Origin: Solirubrobacterales bacterium
GTDB taxonomy: Bacteria > Actinomycetota > Thermoleophilia > Solirubrobacterales > 70-9
Reading direction: 5' to 3'
DNA length: 64,000 nucleotides
NCBI GenBank assembly: GCA_035266025.1
Contig: DATFOB010000009.1
Span: 454-64,453 of the forward strand
Position 1 is the first letter of the stretch. Each line of letters begins with the position of its first letter. A program made the position numbers and the translations under genes. Under the pieces are notes generated by a model. That model worked only from the letters and a program-made list of their open reading frames with translations. It made no database searches and was not told the origin of the DNA. Of this stretch, positions 24,429 through 32,439 are shown in pieces.

Positions 24429-27400
24429 TTTCCTGCCCTCCGGTCGTTGTTGGCGTCTCGCGCCTGCGCTTGCTTCTTGCTCTGCTTGTGCTTCTTGTGG
24501 TGCTTTTTGGGCTTATGCTTCTTGTGGCGTTTCTTCTGCTTTGCGTTGCCCGGGCCGGTGAAGGTCGAGGTGGCCGGCGCCGCAGGGGAAAGCGGCGGGG
24601 CAGACGGGGCTCGGCAGGAGCCTGGCGTGTCTGGATTACACGGTGCAGGGGATGCCGGTGGCTCCGGGAACCCGCCGCCGATGCGGGCGTCATAGACCGA
24701 TTGACGTCCGCCTTGGTTTTCCCAGGTCAACGATCCTGACGTGGTGAAGTAGAGGTCAGTGCCATCGGCGCTGGCGCCGACAAATCGTATGTACTCGTGT
24801 TGTCTGGATCCTTCTTCTTCAGGATAATGCGGGATCGGTGGTTCGGTAGCGATGTGTAATACCTGCCCGTGCGCCCACTCATAGAGATTGGTATCTCCCG
24901 CGCGCGAACCGGATGCAAGGCGGTCAATTGAGGTAAAAAAGACCAGTGGCTGGCCGTCGTGCTCGACGAGTCGCATTTTGGGGTGGAACGGATTGTAAAA
25001 ATCTATGAACCCGAGTGGTCGGTTATTGCGCGGGGACACTGATGCTTTGCCGTCCTGGCGACAGGAGACGCACACGGTCCCTTCGGTTTTCGCCTCGGCG
25101 TCGTACAGGTAGGCCTCTTGCACGCCTCCGCTCACGTAGCCAGTAACGTTGGCATCCGATTCGAACAATATGTAGCGACCGTCGGGGCTGACCTGGAAGG
25201 ATTCGCGCTGAGGCAAAAGATCCGCGGAGAGGACACCGACATAACTGACTACGCCGTTCTCTGCACCGTATATGGAGTAGGTGTGCGCCTGCTGGTTTTC
25301 GACTAGGGTCTTGCCTTTGCCGGGGATTAACTGTCCGCGGGCGCCAAAGTAGACATGGGAGCCGTCCGTGGAGGAGCCGATGAACCGGCCAACCTGCGCG
25401 CCGCCGTTGCCGGGATCGACCGAGAGGTCGGTCAGGTCATCCGATTCGAGGTTGTATTCGTAGAGATCGGTGCCTTCCGGGCTGCTTTCGACGGTGAGGC
25501 CGGCATTCGCGATGAAGAAGACGCGCGAGCCGTCGGGGGTCGCGTATTGGTAACTCGCCCCGGTGTCAGGGATCGCGGTCTCCGATTGCGAGAGGTCGCG
25601 AGTGGTGGTCCCGTCTTCTCGGACGAAGATTCCGGTCTTGCCGACTTCTTCGGGGTTGGCGCCGATCTGGCGTTCGGCGCTGAAGAAGACGCGAGTGCCG
25701 TCCTCGGAGACGACGTTCGTGCCGGGAAAGCCTGCTGGGGCCGCGCCCACCGCGATTTCTCCGCTGGGGCCAGGAACCATGCCGACGCTGCGCAGGGTTC
25801 CCTCATCCCATTCGTAAAGCCTGTCCCCAGATAATAAATCCTCGATAGCAGGAACTCCTGGATAGCGATATTGACTCTGGAAGACAACCTTTTCGCAGTC
25901 GTCTGAAAAGCCGGAGACGAGGTAGCGTCCGAACCCCCCTTCAGGGAAGTTTTCCGGAACCAGCTTGCTGATCGCCGTATAGGAGCCGTCGAGGTTGCGA
26001 CGGTAGAGGTTGGTGCCGCCGGCTTCGACGGCGAGCCGGGTGCTGAAGTCCGAGGTAAGTGGCTGGTTGCTCTCTACGAACCCGCAGGAGAGGTCGGCGG
26101 AGATCCCCAGCGTCGTCGAGGACCAACTAATGACTTCAGAGGTTTCGTTGCGAACGGTGTTCGGCGGACTGAACTGGGAGGAGCTCCAGCCGCTCGCGCC
26201 GCGCCCGGCCCGATAGAGGACTACGCCGCCCTTGGTAGTTCCGGGGAGCCCGTTCGACACGCTGTAGACGAGCGATCCGGGTTCGGCGGCCGCCTGGAAG
26301 TCCAGCTCCTCGGTTAAGGACGCTCCTGACAAGGCAACCGGCCCGGCCTCCCTCGGAGAAACGAGCTCGAGACAGCGCTGGTCGGGCAGGCCGCAGGAGT
26401 TCAGCGTCTGGACCTTTTGGTCGGGGCTGTTGGTGGTGCCGGCGGTGCTGGTGGCGACGAGCCGGTAGTGGTAGGTGCTGGCGGCGGAGAGGCCCGAGAT
26501 CCTCGCGGTGACGAGCACCGGTTCCGTGCCGGAGCCGACGAAGGGCTCGAAATCGACCGGGACCCGGTGGCCGTAGGCGGTGCTCGGGCCCCACTCGAAG
26601 TGGTAGGAGGTGCCGAAGCCGCTGGGGTTGATCTTCGCTTCCAGGGTGGCGGACGTCTGATCGGCGTCGCGGGCGCGGATTTCGCTGAACCGGGGTGGAC
26701 CGGGAGTGGTGAAAGTCCCGACTTTGCTCGTCGCAGCACCGTTGGCGTTGGTGGCGATGAGGCGGAAGCGATAAGTGGCGTTGGGCTGCAGGCCGGTGAT
26801 CGCGGCGCTGACATTGTGATTTCCCGTATCCGCGACGATGTCGGCGGCGGCCGGGCTGCAGGGGGCTTCGTCGCTGAAGGCGGAGCTGGTCGTGAGGCCA
26901 TATTCGAATTTGCATTCGGAGACAACCACCCCTTCGGGGTTGACGGAGCCGTTGAGGGTGGCGCCGGTCGGGGCGATGTTGGTGGCGGCGTTGACCGTCA
27001 CGGCCGGAATCGGCACGTGGTCGAGCACTTCTATTCCCTGCGCGCCTTCCTCTATTCCCTGCGCGCCTTCCCGAGATACGTAGACGAGGCCCGCCGGACC
27101 AACCGCGATCCCCTGGACTTTGCTCGCGAGGCTGAGCTTCGATATTTCGACAGCTTCCGAGGGCCCGGAGGCGTCGTACTCGATGACTTCGCTGCCTTCG
27201 GCGAGCAGCACGTTGCCGGTCTCGGCGTCGACCGTGGTGGTACTGCCGGCGCCTTCGGAGACCGGGTAGGCGATTTTGCCGGTGGTGGCGCTCTGCTTGA
27301 AGAGGTCGCCTTCGAAGTCGAGGGCGAAGAGGGAGGTGGCGGTGGGTCCGGAGCCAGCGGCCAACGAGCACGGCTTTTCCGGGTTGGTGAGGCTCGTGAG

Positions 27401-28027
27401 AAAGTCGGCGTTCGTCGGCGGGTTGGCCGTTGGGGAAAACTCACGGATTCTCTCTTCTAGGCTTCCGCCCAAGTAGTCGCCCACGAAAACGTCACCAGCA
27501 GGACCGACCGTGACACCGCACGCTTCCGAGAAAGGATCGCTTTCCGATTCAGTCAACTGGCCGAGATATTCGCCCGAACTGGCGAAGATGTCGATCACGT
27601 TCGGGCTTTGCTGGGTGACGTAGATGTCGCCGTCGGTGACCCCTCCGGAGTTGTCGACGACGATCTGGGCTTCGGTCGCGGCAGCGAAGGTCAGGCCCGG
27701 TTCCGCCGCTTCGCCCTGCGGGGTTTCGTCCGGCCCGCTTTCACCGTCGATGACGTTGGTGCCGAGGGCGGAGAAGTCGTCCGGGCTCCCGTCGGGGTTG
27801 AAGCGGCTGATCGTGCCGCTCCCCCGATCCATGACAAAGAGATCGCCGGTCGATTGATCAACGGCCATCCCGGTGGGATTGACGAAGGTGGGCTGGGCTG
27901 CGCTTCCGAAAGCTTCTTTGAAGCGCAGCACCTGGGAGGCGGAGGCTTGGGCGCTCAGCACCAGGCCCAGGAGGAGAACTACAGCCAACATCATCGTCAT
28001 GCGCACAGCCTTGGGGTGGCGTTTCAC
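24425..28027 (-). CDS. Large secreted protein (about 1200 aa): NHL-like repeats, FN3/Ig-like modules, PD40/TolB-like beta-propeller repeats, poly-basic Lys/His tail
   Basis: The GTG at 28027 is preceded by AAGGAGAG, and the signal peptide is MTMMLAVVLLLGLVLSAQASA. NHL-like segment: PTGMAVDQSTGDLFVMD. Repeated modules: ATLNGSVNPEG..CKFEYG / ATLEAKINPSGFGTSYHFEWG. PD40-like segments: DGSRVFF, DGSHVYF, DGRYILF. The tail reads KQKKRHKKHKPKKHHKKHKQSKKQ. Confidence 0.8.
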   Translation of the reverse strand: MKRHPKAVRMTMMLAVVLLLGLVLSAQASASQVLRFKEAFGSAAQPTFVNPTGMAVDQSTGDLFVMDRGSGTISRFNPDGSPDDFSALGTNVIDGESGPDETPQGEAAEPGLTFAAATEAQIVVDNSGGVTDGDIYVTQQSPNVIDIFASSGEYLGQLTESESDPFSEACGVTVGPAGDVFVGDYLGGSLEERIREFSPTANPPTNADFLTSLTNPEKPCSLAAGSGPTATSLFALDFEGDLFKQSATTGKIAYPVSEGAGSTTTVDAETGNVLLAEGSEVIEYDASGPSEAVEISKLSLASKVQGIAVGPAGLVYVSREGAQGIEEGAQGIEVLDHVPIPAVTVNAATNIAPTGATLNGSVNPEGVVVSECKFEYGLTTSSAFSDEAPCSPAAADIVADTGNHNVSAAITGLQPNATYRFRLIATNANGAATSKVGTFTTPGPPRFSEIRARDADQTSATLEAKINPSGFGTSYHFEWGPSTAYGHRVPVDFEPFVGSGTEPVLVTARISGLSAASTYHYRLVATSTAGTTNSPDQKVQTLNSCGLPDQRCLELVSPREAGPVALSGASLTEELDFQAAAEPGSLVYSVSNGLPGTTKGGVVLYRAGRGASGWSSSQFSPPNTVRNETSEVISWSSTTLGISADLSCGFVESNQPLTSDFSTRLAVEAGGTNLYRRNLDGSYTAISKLVPENFPEGGFGRYLVSGFSDDCEKVVFQSQYRYPGVPAIEDLLSGDRLYEWDEGTLRSVGMVPGPSGEIAVGAAPAGFPGTNVVSEDGTRVFFSAERQIGANPEEVGKTGIFVREDGTTTRDLSQSETAIPDTGASYQYATPDGSRVFFIANAGLTVESSPEGTDLYEYNLESDDLTDLSVDPGNGGAQVGRFIGSSTDGSHVYFGARGQLIPGKGKTLVENQQAHTYSIYGAENGVVSYVGVLSADLLPQRESFQVSPDGRYILFESDANVTGYVSGGVQEAYLYDAEAKTEGTVCVSCRQDGKASVSPRNNRPLGFIDFYNPFHPKMRLVEHDGQPLVFFTSIDRLASGSRAGDTNLYEWAHGQVLHIATEPPIPHYPEEEGSRQHEYIRFVGASADGTDLYFTTSGSLTWENQGGRQSVYDARIGGGFPEPPASPAPCNPDTPGSCRAPSAPPLSPAAPATSTFTGPGNAKQKKRHKKHKPKKHHKKHKQSKKQAQARDANNDRRAGK

Positions 28028-28362
28028 GTAGCTCTCTCCTTGTCCCGTGGCCGCCTCCCTTGCCCCGGCCCGTCCAATCCTGGCACGGGTCCCCTGGCTT
28101 GGCCGGGCGGCCATTTCTCTCTCATGCCTTGGGCGCGACTCCGCTTCCCTGCTTCTTTGCGGACCCTCACTCTCAGCCGCACAAATAAGAACAGAGCCGG
28201 ACCAAATTGTCAAATCGCAATTCAGCCTTGGCGCTATCGGGAGAGTCTATCTCGCTTGTTAATGCCATCGAGGAGCGATCAAGAAGCTGAAGTTGTACTA
28301 GCTGTCCAGTCTTGGGCGTACCACTTGAAACTCCTCGCGCGCTAGGGGAGAGTCCATTGCCG

Positions 28363-29667
28363 ATGCGCGGATATCTTGCCCCCACGATGACCAAGACTCC
28401 GTGGGGGGATGCGGCTTCGTTGCGGGAGCGGAAGCTGCGGCCGGGCAGGGGGACGCCCCGGGATGAGGCCGAGAAAAACCAGCGCGAGCGCCTGTTCGCG
28501 GCGATCGTGGCGACGGTGGCCGAGAAGGGCTATGAGGCGACCACGGTCGCCGACCTGGTCGAGCTCTCCGGGGTCTCGCGCAGCGCCTTTTACAAGCACT
28601 TCGAGGACAAGCAGGCCTGCTTCCTCGCCGCCGTCGAAGGGATGGTGGAGCCGACCCTGCGGAAAGTCGCCGAGGACGAGAGCGTCGCAGCCGGGGTCGA
28701 GAGGGCGCGGCAGGCGTTCGAATCGGTGGTACGGCTGATCGTCGCGCAGCCGGCGGCCTCGAAGATGGCGATCGTCGAAACCTATGCCGCCGGCCTCGAG
28801 GGCGCGGACCTGGTCGACAGGACCCTCGAGGCCGTCACCGACCTCGCGGCGCAGCTGCTGGACCAGGTCCCCGAGCGGAAGGGGATGCCGCGGGAGCTGG
28901 TGCGGGCGATCGTCGGCGGCATCCAGAAGGTGATTCACAAGCGCCTCTATCGCGGGCAGGAGGAGGAGCTGCTGGAGCTGGCGCCGCAGCTGTGGGAGTG
29001 GCTCTTCTCCTATCCGGTGCCGCCGGGGCCGTTGAAGGCGACGCGCCGGCGGACGGTGAAGGCGGTGCCGTTCGAGGAGCGCCAAGCGCAGTCGAGCCCG
29101 CCCGAGCGGCTGCTGCGGGCGCTGGCCGCGGTCGTCGCCGAGAAGGGCTATCCGGACACCACCGTGGCCGAGATCGTCGAACGCGCCTCGACCTCGCAGC
29201 GGACCTTCTACGAACACTTCAAGAACAAGGAGGACGCGATCGTCGCCGCCCTCGACAGCGGCTCCGCCCACATGCTCGCCGCCGCCCTACCCGCCTTCCG
29301 CCGCGCCCCCGACTGGCCGCACGCCGTCCACGACACCCAGGAAGCGATGTTCTGCTTCGGCGCCGAAGAGCCCGAGTACGCGCGGCTCGGCGGGGTCGAG
29401 ATGTACGCGGCGGGCAAGCGGGCCCTCGACCAGCGCGAGATGGTGACCGAAGGCATGGAGGGACTGCTCGCCCCCGGCTATGAGCTGAAACCGGACACCC
29501 CGCCAATCGCCGCCGAGGCGATCGGGGGAGCGCTCTACTCACTCCTCTACGACCACGTCAACAAGAAGGGCCCAGAGACGCTGCCGGACCTGGTGCCGAC
29601 GCTGGTCTACGTCACCCTGGCGCCCTTCCTCGAGGCGGACGACGCCTACGAGGTCGCGGTCGGCTAG
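28363..29667 (+). CDS. Single-chain tandem TetR/AcrR regulator (two complete TetR units in one polypeptide)
   Basis: There are two HTH units: RERLFAAIVATVAEKGYEATTVADLVELSGVSRSAFYKHFEDKQACF and PERLLRALAAVVAEKGYPDTTVAEIVERASTSQRTFYEHFKNKEDAI. Each is followed by a helical ligand domain. I chose the ATG at 28363, preceded by GGGGAGAG; the ATG at 28387 is an alternative. Confidence 0.85.
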   Translation: MRGYLAPTMTKTPWGDAASLRERKLRPGRGTPRDEAEKNQRERLFAAIVATVAEKGYEATTVADLVELSGVSRSAFYKHFEDKQACFLAAVEGMVEPTLRKVAEDESVAAGVERARQAFESVVRLIVAQPAASKMAIVETYAAGLEGADLVDRTLEAVTDLAAQLLDQVPERKGMPRELVRAIVGGIQKVIHKRLYRGQEEELLELAPQLWEWLFSYPVPPGPLKATRRRTVKAVPFEERQAQSSPPERLLRALAAVVAEKGYPDTTVAEIVERASTSQRTFYEHFKNKEDAIVAALDSGSAHMLAAALPAFRRAPDWPHAVHDTQEAMFCFGAEEPEYARLGGVEMYAAGKRALDQREMVTEGMEGLLAPGYELKPDTPPIAAEAIGGALYSLLYDHVNKKGPETLPDLVPTLVYVTLAPFLEADDAYEVAVG

Positions 29668-29855
29668 AAGATCTGAAGCCCAGCGAGAGTCAGGAACCCA
29701 GTGACCATGACGCTCATCATGGCGATAAACCCCTGAAACATCATCCGCCGTAGATCCCGGATGTCGGCGTCAACTCGCTGGAACCCCTCCGAGACCCGTT
29801 GGTTCAGATCATCGAGTCGTGCGTCAGTCCATTGTTCTCTCGCCATCGCCTCCAT
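29664..29855 (-). CDS. Small coiled-coil protein with a C-terminal TM anchor (paralogue of 12428..12730)
   Basis: A 63-aa product: ..EQWTDARLDDLNQRVSEGFQRVDADIRDLRRMMFQGFIAMMSVMVTGFLTLAGLQIF. The same N-terminal pattern W(I/T)D(E/A)RLDDLN appears in the paralogue. Confidence 0.6.
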   Translation of the reverse strand: MEAMAREQWTDARLDDLNQRVSEGFQRVDADIRDLRRMMFQGFIAMMSVMVTGFLTLAGLQIF

Positions 29856-29911
29856 GATGGCAAGTGTAACTCATTGTCTGTTACGCAACCGTCGCAAAGC
29901 GCACAGCCGCG

Positions 29912-31246
29912 TTAAGCCGGCGGCGAGTCGATCGCGAAGAGACGCCACTCGCCCGGCGCGCCCTTGAGCTTCTCCACCCCACGCTCCTCGAACTCGAGGC
30001 CGGAGCCGACGACGAGCTCGCGGACGGTGCTGGAGACGAGCACCTCGCCGGCGTCGGCGAGGGCGCCGATGCGGGCGCCGATGTTGACCGCCATTCCACC
30101 GACGTCGTCGCCGATCAGCTCGACCTCGCCGGTGTGGATCCCGGCCCGGACCTCGATGCCGAGGTCTGCGACTTCGTCCTGGAGGGCGCAGGCGCAGCGG
30201 ATCGCCCGCGCCGGTCCGTCGAAGGTGGCGAGGAAGCCGTCCCCCATCGTCTTCACCTCTCGGCCGCGGTGGAGGGTGAGCTGGCGCCGGACCGCGGCGT
30301 CGTGGCGCTCGAGCAGGGCGCGCCAGTCGCGGTCGCCCAATGCCGCGGCCTTCTCGGTCGAGCCGACGATGTCGGTGAAGAGGATCGTCGCCAGCGCCCG
30401 TTCGGACTCCCGCGCGCCGCGGCTGCCGACGAGGAACTCTTCGACCTCGTCCAGCAGCGCATCGACGTCGCCCGTGAAAGGCAGGTGGTCCTCGCCCGGC
30501 AGCTCGACGTAGCGGGCGCCGGAGATGCTCTCGGCCAGGTAGCGGCCTTGGGCGGCAGGGACCATGCGGTCCTCGGCCCGGTGGAGCACGAGGGTCGGGA
30601 CGTCGATCGCGGGCAGGATCGCCCGCGCGTCCATCTCCCGGTAGAGGTCCATCAGCGCGATCGCCCCGGCGGGGCTCGTTCCCTGGCGCAGGAGGCGGGC
30701 CCACCAGCGTTCGAACTCGCGGTCGCCGACGCGGCTCGGCGCCCAGAGGTTGAGCCCGACCGCCTTGCCCCAGTCGCGCCGGATCATCGCGCCCCAGCGA
30801 TCGAGCGCCTCCTCCGTGATCCCCGGCGGGAAGTCGGGCGCCTTCAGCATCCGGGCGAAGGTCCCGAAGAGGACCAGCTCCGAGATCTCGCCTGGATAGG
30901 TCGCGGCGTAGAGCGCCGACATCGGCCCACCCTCGGAGATCCCGAACAGCGCCGGCCGCTCGAACCCGGCCGCCTCGACAGCGGCTTTCAGGTCGTCCAT
31001 CGACTCTTCGAGGGTCGGCGGCCGGCCGGGGCGGTCGGAGAGGCCCTGGCCGCGCTTGTCGAAGACCAGCATCCGCGAGAAGGAGGTGAGGCGGCGGAAG
31101 AAGCGGGCGACCTCCGGCTCCTCCCACAACAGCTCCACCTGGGAGACGAAGCCAGGGACGAGGACGAGGTCGAGCGGCCCCTCCCCGTGCACCCGGTAGG
31201 CGATGCTGACGCCGTCGGAGTCGGCGTAACGCGTCTCTACTTCCAT
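29912..31246 (-). CDS. Alpha/beta-hydrolase fused to a class III adenylate/guanylate cyclase domain (LipJ-like architecture)
   Basis: The N-terminal part reads ..LVLVPGFVSQVELLW..VFDKRGQGLSDR... The C-terminal cyclase part reads LATILFTDIVGSTEKAAALGD..REVKTMGDGFLATFD..VRAGIHTGEVE..GMAVNIGARI. Confidence 0.85.
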   Translation of the reverse strand: MEVETRYADSDGVSIAYRVHGEGPLDLVLVPGFVSQVELLWEEPEVARFFRRLTSFSRMLVFDKRGQGLSDRPGRPPTLEESMDDLKAAVEAAGFERPALFGISEGGPMSALYAATYPGEISELVLFGTFARMLKAPDFPPGITEEALDRWGAMIRRDWGKAVGLNLWAPSRVGDREFERWWARLLRQGTSPAGAIALMDLYREMDARAILPAIDVPTLVLHRAEDRMVPAAQGRYLAESISGARYVELPGEDHLPFTGDVDALLDEVEEFLVGSRGARESERALATILFTDIVGSTEKAAALGDRDWRALLERHDAAVRRQLTLHRGREVKTMGDGFLATFDGPARAIRCACALQDEVADLGIEVRAGIHTGEVELIGDDVGGMAVNIGARIGALADAGEVLVSSTVRELVVGSGLEFEERGVEKLKGAPGEWRLFAIDSPPA

Positions 31247-31252
31247 CTCGGG

Positions 31253-32401
31253 ATGGTCTCAGGCGCTGAGGAGCTCACGCAAGGCGGGGCCGAAGTATGG
31301 TCGGCGGTTCCCGTGACCGTCCGCGTTCCCAAATGGCTTGTCTGGGCGGCCGCGGCGCTTGCCGTCGTGGGCTCGATCGCGTTGGCCTTTGCCTGGGGGC
31401 GCTCCAGCGGTGGCGACGATCCGGGGGGAGCTGCCGGCAGGCCGGCAGAGGCTGCCGTCAAGGAGGCCGTCTGCTCGAAGCCGATGGCGGAAAGCGCAAC
31501 CCTGGAAACGGCCTTCGACGACGACATCCGCGCCGCCAGCGCGGCCAAGGCACACCTCGAAGACGCCCATCAAAGCGAAGTTCCTTTCTTCAGCGAAGAG
31601 CAAACCGACTACCAGGTCGCAATCCTGGAGTGCGCCGATCTCACCGACGATGGGGCCGCGGAGATGGTGGTAGGCCTGGCAGCCGGTGCATCGGGGCGGG
31701 TCTTCCAGTGGGCGATCTTCAGCCCGGATCGGGACGGCAACTGGTTCCTGGCATTCGATCGAACCCTCATCGGCGCCAGCTCGCTCGAGATCCAAGGCAA
31801 CTCCGTTGCGGTTCGAACCGCGACTTACGGCCTCGACGATCCTCTCTGCTGTCCCTCGGGGTACAAGACCAGCCTCGTCGCCTATCGGGAGGGCGAGTTT
31901 CGAGTCGTCTCCCCCACCGCCCCACCGCCCGAGAGGCTGATCTCGATCGAAGAAGGCACCGTCACTCGACTGGGCCTGCTCCGTCCCCTGGAAGTGACGC
32001 CGAGCCAGGCGGTCGCCGCCTTTGGCACCCCAACCGCCGTCAGCCACTACCCCGACGCCGCCTGCACCTATGGCTGGGGCGACCTGGGCCTGAAGATCGT
32101 CTTCGCAAACTTCGGTGGCGGCAATCCATGCGGCGAGGCTGGCCGCATCGGCAGCTTCGAGTTGATCGGATCTGCCGCCGAACAGGCCGGGTGGCATACC
32201 GCCGAGGGAGCCAGGGTGGGGTCTTCCTCGGCTGCGCTCAGTCGCCTTTACCCGGGAGCCGTCCGCTCCGGGGAAGAGATGCTGCTGATAGACGCGCCCT
32301 CCCCTTATGGCTTCGACGGGACGATCGACATCGCGACCGCCTTCCTCGCCGACGGTGAGGCCAAGGCATATCGGTTCTATATCGGGGCGGCGGGCGAGTG
32401 A
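31253..32401 (+). CDS. Membrane-anchored extracytoplasmic protein (unknown function)
   Basis: A single TM helix KWLVWAAAALAVVGSIALAFAW is followed by a Cys-containing domain. The start is uncertain (ATG at 31253 or GTG at 31313). The upstream 370 codons of the track ORF are an antisense artefact of the cyclase gene. Confidence 0.6.
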   Translation: MVSGAEELTQGGAEVWSAVPVTVRVPKWLVWAAAALAVVGSIALAFAWGRSSGGDDPGGAAGRPAEAAVKEAVCSKPMAESATLETAFDDDIRAASAAKAHLEDAHQSEVPFFSEEQTDYQVAILECADLTDDGAAEMVVGLAAGASGRVFQWAIFSPDRDGNWFLAFDRTLIGASSLEIQGNSVAVRTATYGLDDPLCCPSGYKTSLVAYREGEFRVVSPTAPPPERLISIEEGTVTRLGLLRPLEVTPSQAVAAFGTPTAVSHYPDAACTYGWGDLGLKIVFANFGGGNPCGEAGRIGSFELIGSAAEQAGWHTAEGARVGSSSAALSRLYPGAVRSGEEMLLIDAPSPYGFDGTIDIATAFLADGEAKAYRFYIGAAGE

Positions 32402-32439
32402 GCGCGAGCCCTCACTACCAGCACTTCTCGCCGACGGCG

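Noticed and set aside
24440-24550. Quasi-repetitive DNA (GCTTCTTGTGG units), considered as a tandem or CRISPR-like repeat.
   Set aside because: It is simply codon-level repetition encoding the Lys/His-rich C-terminal tail of the giant protein. There is no spacer-repeat periodicity.
29912-31246. The alpha/beta-hydrolase-adenylate cyclase fusion, considered as an unusual architecture.
   Set aside because: The same domain combination is known from mycobacterial LipJ-type proteins, so it is reported as a normal feature.
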